A stretch of 64,000 bases of DNA. Source: an uncultured Acidobacteriaceae bacterium (lineage in GTDB: Bacteria > Acidobacteriota > Terriglobia > Terriglobales > Acidobacteriaceae). Position 1 is the first letter of the stretch, and each line of letters starts with the position of its first letter. Shown in pieces: positions 60,383 to 64,000 of this stretch. Where the stretch lies: positions 12,806-76,805 of the forward strand of contig CAWBQE010000021.1 in assembly GCA_963790705.1 (NCBI GenBank), given 5' to 3'. A model generated the notes under the pieces. It made no database searches, was not told where the DNA came from, and was given only the letters and a program-made list of their open reading frames with translations. Position numbers and translations under genes: made by a program.

Positions 60383-60460
60383 ACTGCAAATCGCAAAAAC
60401 GACCCAAAAATATCGAATTTTACAAATACTGAAGAGGCTGCGGAAAAACCCGGTACCGCC

Positions 60461-60548
60461 CAAGGCCACGTATGCGGCTTTCCGTAAAGCCGCACGACGT
60501 TCGCCGACGCCACGAAGCTGGACAGGAAATCCGGGGTAGCGCAGGGGA
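60461..60548. repeat. Solo copy of the gcggctttccgtaaagccgc / caggaaatccgggg REP-like module
   Basis: The same module is seen at 28255-28350, 28790-28885, 55200-55315 and 55660-55770. Confidence 0.6.
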
Positions 60549-60635
60549 GGGACCTGCAGTTTCACTTTCGGGCACAGCAAAATGTGCCGTGGGCATCACC
60601 TCAGAGGATGATCTTGATCTATCGGGAGGCAGTAC

Positions 60636-62745
60636 CTATGGTGACTGATTCAATCGCGCTAATGCTTCCTGAGCCGGACGATAGGCCGGATCGGCGCTCA
60701 ATGCCTTTTGAAACTCGCTTCGCGCGGGATCAAGTTCCTTAAGCGCCACAAAAACCACACCCAGATTGTAGTGCGCCGCGGCATAGTCCGGCTTGAGACG
60801 GAGCGCCTCCTCAAACTGGCTGCGAGCAGAGTCTATCTCGCCTTTCCGCAAATAGACACCGCCCAGAGTATTGTGAGTCTGCGCCGCAGCAGGTTCGATG
60901 GAGAGGGCAGCCTGCAGTTGCCTTTCGCTTTCGTCCCAGTTGCCTCGCATCGCCGCCAGCGTGCCGAGACCATCGTGGGCGTCGTAACTATCGGGTGTTT
61001 GCTGCAATACCTGCTGAAACTCCGCAGCTGCCTGATCTAACTCGCCCTTCTGGGCGAGCGTCCTGGCGAGGAATACTCTGCTTTGGCATACCCAGGCGAG
61101 ATGGCCAAGGCAGCGTTGAACTCTTTGTCCGCTGCGTCGAATTGGTGCAGGTTGAAATCGCTAATACCGGCGTCAAGGTGGGCAATGGCACTGGTCGGAT
61201 CGGCCGCGAGCACGGCGCGAAATTGCTCCACAGCCTCCGCGTCTTTGCCCATGCGTTGCTCGTTCAGCCCAAGGGTCAGGCGAACATCCGATAGGTCGGG
61301 ATCTCGCGCCAGAATTGCCTTCAAGGCCGCGTTGGATTCATCCAGATGCCCAAGCGAAGCTAGATAAATGGCCTGTCCGTACTTTTCGTAATCGACGATT
61401 CTGTCTTTCGGATCCACTGCGCTCGATGCAGGGGTTGGCGCGGAATTCCTCCCGGTAAGGTATCCGAGTGCGTGAAGACGCTCGACCGCTTCAGGGCTCA
61501 GCGCGTTCTGCGTCGCCTGAGCGCGCGGTTTATAAAGCAGCCGTAGTTGATTCAGCCGCTCGCGATAGGCCGAGGCGACGGAGGCTTTGCTGGCATAAAG
61601 ATTCGTCAACTCCCCGGGATCCTGAGCCAGATCGTAGAACTCCGGCCTCGGCGCTTCAATGTACTTGTAGTGCCCGCTCCGCAAGCTAGCAAGGGCGGCT
61701 GGTCCCGAAGTGCTTCTGCGGGTAAATGCTTTCGCTGAATATGTCCCTTGGAGAGGCTGCGGCGGCGAGCAGGCTCTTGCCTTCCATTGCTTGCGGCACG
61801 GGAAGCCGCACCGCATCAAGAATCGTGGGCGAGACATCCAGCAGGCTGGCCGGTGCGTCGACTCGCGCCGGCATCGGGGCTCCGCCTGCAGGCCAGTGAA
61901 TGATCAGTGGGACATGCAGGGTACTTTGATAGATGAAGTAGCCGTGCGTGCTCTCGCCGTGGTCTCCCAGTCCCTCTCCGTGGTCGGAGGTAAAGACAAT
62001 GAGCGATTTATTCACCAGGTCATGAGAAACGAGGTAGTCCCAGAAATCGCCGATAACGTGGTCGATATAACCCAATTCCCCGTTATAGCCTTCACCGTAC
62101 TTGGTTTTTTCCGCTGCGGACAGGTTGTACGGCGTGTGCAGGTCGTAGATGTGAAGGAAGAGAAAAAAGGGCCGATCCGCATTCGCGTTCAAGCCACGGC
62201 TTTCCAGCCTCGGCGACTGCTTCTCCCTTTCGTTTGATATCTCCCGGATCGCTGCTGCCGCTGTTCAGCGATGCCGAGGGGCTGTCATACGTATCGAATC
62301 CCTGGTCCAATCCAAAGCGCTTGTCGAGCACGAAACCGCCAAGGAATGCGGCTGTCCGATAGCCATGAGATCGAAGCGTCGCCGCCAGCGTAACGGTCCC
62401 CGGCGCGAGACGGTCGCCATTGTCTTCGACGCCACTCACGAACGGGTACGTCGAAGTCAGCATCGAAACATGGGAAGGTAGCGTCAGCGGGACCATGGAA
62501 GTGGCCTGCGAGAACGATGTGCCTCCGTGGCAGAGTTTATCGATATTCGGGGTGGGTGGCGCGGTGGGGGCATTACAACTGAGTCGATCGGATCGTAGGG
62601 TGTCGACCGAGATCAGAATGATATTTGGCTTCGCCTCGCCCGCGGGATGCTGATGATTCAACGCCGTAGATCGCTGGCCAAGAACAGCAGCGAGAAGGAG
62701 CCAAAGACCAATCATCGCCGTTTTAGGAACGCGCAACCGAAACAC
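60636..62745 (-). pseudogene. Second sulfatase-TPR fusion gene, a paralog of 55947..57948, broken into four frames
   Basis: ORFs 62092..62745 (signal, NIILISVDTLRSDRL, LTLPSHVSMLTS), 61686..62192 (DRPFFLFLHIYDLHTPY, TSDHGEGLGDHGE), 61037..61837 (YKYIEAPRPEFYDLAQDPGE plus TPR) and 60636..61007 (TPR) read colinearly. The junctions lie near 62185-62200, 61690-61710 and 61010-61080. Confidence 0.8.
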
Positions 62746-62925
62746 TCGTGGTGGATTCTCGCTTATCGTTCGGATCAGGGCAGCATGGCCCTGTCTCCCG
62801 GAAGAGGCTGGCCGTTTGTCCTTCTCTTTATTCTAAGTCCTGCGCCGGAACATCGGGCGTCGGATTCTGAGCTATTCTCGTGGTTGGGACGCCCATCGAG
62901 GAGCACAGCGGTTTGGGAGTGGTCT

Positions 62926-64000
62926 ATGGTTGAATCGATTGCGACCGATCTGAAACAAGCATTCCGGCGACTAAGACGATCGCCAGGATTCACCGCAACC
63001 GTTCTCCTGATCCTGGCAATAGGAATTGGCGCGAACACGGCGATCTTCAGCGTAATCGAAGGCGTGCTTCTGCGGCCCTTACCGTACGGCAACCCGGAAC
63101 GTCTTTGCGTCTTGTGGAAGTCCATCCCGCAAAAAAACATCGATTGGGATTGGACCTCAGCGCCTACGATTCGCGACTGGCGCGAGCAAAGTGACGTATT
63201 CCAGGACGTGGCCATGGTATTACGTCCAGAAGGCTCAAAGGTCACGCTGCGGAGCGACGCTGGAGCTGAAGAGATTCAAGGATCGATCGTTTCGGGAAAC
63301 TTCTTTGATGTTCTTCAGGTCCGGCCTCTGCTTGGCCGCACATTCTCGCCCGCTGAAGCACAACGTGGCGAGAACGTGGCGGTGCTTAGCTACGGAATGT
63401 GGAAAGGACGTTTTGGCGCGACGAACGCGATTCTGGGTAGATCGATTCAACTGAACAACCGCAGCGTCTCCATCATCGGCGTGATGCCTCCTGATTTTCA
63501 ATATCCGAACAAGCAAGCGGAGCTGTGGATGTTGATAACGGCCGATCCACGATGGCCCGCGTTCCAGAAATTTCGCATCGCCGACGCATTCAGCGGCCTG
63601 GGAAGACTAAAGCCCGGCCGGTCCATCGAGGAAGCCAGAGCGGAGATGAAGGTGGTTTCCGCCAAACTGGCGCAGCAGGATCCGGCGACAGATACAGGAC
63701 TCGAGATCAGTGTTGTGCCGTTGGTCGATCAAATTGCGGAGCGGCCTGTGCGTCGCGGGCTCTGGGTTCTGGGAGGAGCAGCTCTTTGCGTATTGCTGGT
63801 TGCTTGCTCAAATATCGCGAGTCTTCTAGTCGCAAGAGGTGCGAAGCTCGGAAACGAAATAGCAATTCGTACCGCGCTGGGCGCTGGACGATGGCGGCTC
63901 GTCTGGCAGTTGGCCACTGAAAGCGTCCTGCTGTCGCTGGCAGGAGGAGTCGGCGGAGTCGTGCTCGCCTTCGTTGGGCTGCATTCCCTCCTGGCGCTGG
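62926..64000 (+). CDS. ADOP-type duplicated FtsX/MacB-like permease, 3' end beyond the window
   Basis: My own translation from the ATG at 62926 gives MVESIATDLKQAFRRLRRSPGFTATVLLILAIGIGANTAIFSVIEGVLLRPLPYGNPERLCVLW...GLWVLGGAALCVLLVACSNIASLLVARGAKLGNEIAIRTALGAGRWRL. The frame is open to the window end, so it is absent from the ORF track. Confidence 0.85.
   Translation, partial: MVESIATDLKQAFRRLRRSPGFTATVLLILAIGIGANTAIFSVIEGVLLRPLPYGNPERLCVLWKSIPQKNIDWDWTSAPTIRDWREQSDVFQDVAMVLRPEGSKVTLRSDAGAEEIQGSIVSGNFFDVLQVRPLLGRTFSPAEAQRGENVAVLSYGMWKGRFGATNAILGRSIQLNNRSVSIIGVMPPDFQYPNKQAELWMLITADPRWPAFQKFRIADAFSGLGRLKPGRSIEEARAEMKVVSAKLAQQDPATDTGLEISVVPLVDQIAERPVRRGLWVLGGAALCVLLVACSNIASLLVARGAKLGNEIAIRTALGAGRWRLVWQLATESVLLSLAGGVGGVVLAFVGLHSLLAL

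Overview
This is a 64-kb chromosomal window. By gene content it looks acidobacterial, which is an inference. The supporting content is ADOP-type duplicated FtsX permeases, CarboxypepD_reg-type TonB receptors, a CRTAC1/FG-GAP protein, Planctomycete-type PSCyt/DUF1553/DUF1501 genes, a Ser/Thr kinase-PD40 fusion, sulfatase-TPR fusions and dense REP/MITE-like palindromic repeats. I saw no rRNA, tRNA, CRISPR array or intact mobile element.

Gene order:
- 1-5.0 kb: CRTAC1-like protein and a TonB receptor.
- 5.2-15.8 kb: a LacI-linked sugar locus. It holds 2x ThuA, a PQQ-type quinoprotein, a dihaem cytochrome c, a PmoA/DUF6807-like protein, LacI, a sugar-porter MFS, a PfkB kinase and a Tat-exported TIM-barrel isomerase-like protein.
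- 15.9-21.6 kb: two sulfatases plus a formylglycine-generating enzyme.
- 22.1-24.8 kb: Ser/Thr kinase with a PD40 propeller.
- 25.2-27.9 kb: second cytochrome c/quinoprotein cassette.
- 28.0-29.25 kb: repeat nest containing a tandemly duplicated ~535-bp MITE-like unit.
- 29.3-35.5 kb: PSCyt-LRR membrane protein, DUF1501 and PSCyt/DUF1549/DUF1553.
- 35.7-42.8 kb: GH20 hexosaminidase, ROK regulator, ADOP permease and a nucleoside-type MFS.
- 42.8-45.4 kb: third quinoprotein/cytochrome c cassette.
- 45.5-48.8 kb: TIM-barrel, M81 (MlrC-like) peptidase, TIM-barrel.
- 49.4-62.7 kb: a decayed region with a multiply frameshifted TonB receptor, an intact phosphodiesterase, a repeat island, two sulfatase-TPR genes (both frameshifted), a TPR protein and a phage terminase-small-subunit-like remnant.
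- 62.9 kb to the end: a second ADOP permease.

The most interesting signal is three paralogous, translationally coupled (ATGA overlap) cytochrome c -> PQQ-type propeller cassettes. Their catalytic region carries the D-x-D signature associated with lanthanide-dependent alcohol dehydrogenases, but they lack the vicinal Cys-Cys. Two of the three sit next to sugar-type genes (ThuA, DUF6807, xylose-isomerase-like TIM barrels).

Second is the conserved-unknown PSCyt-LRR/DUF1501/DUF1553 module.

About 17 apparent frameshifts interrupt otherwise well-conserved genes, and 11 of them fall within 49-63 kb. These could be real pseudogenisation or assembly indels, and I cannot tell which from sequence alone. 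All protein-family calls rest on motif recognition in the supplied or self-made translations. No database search was run.
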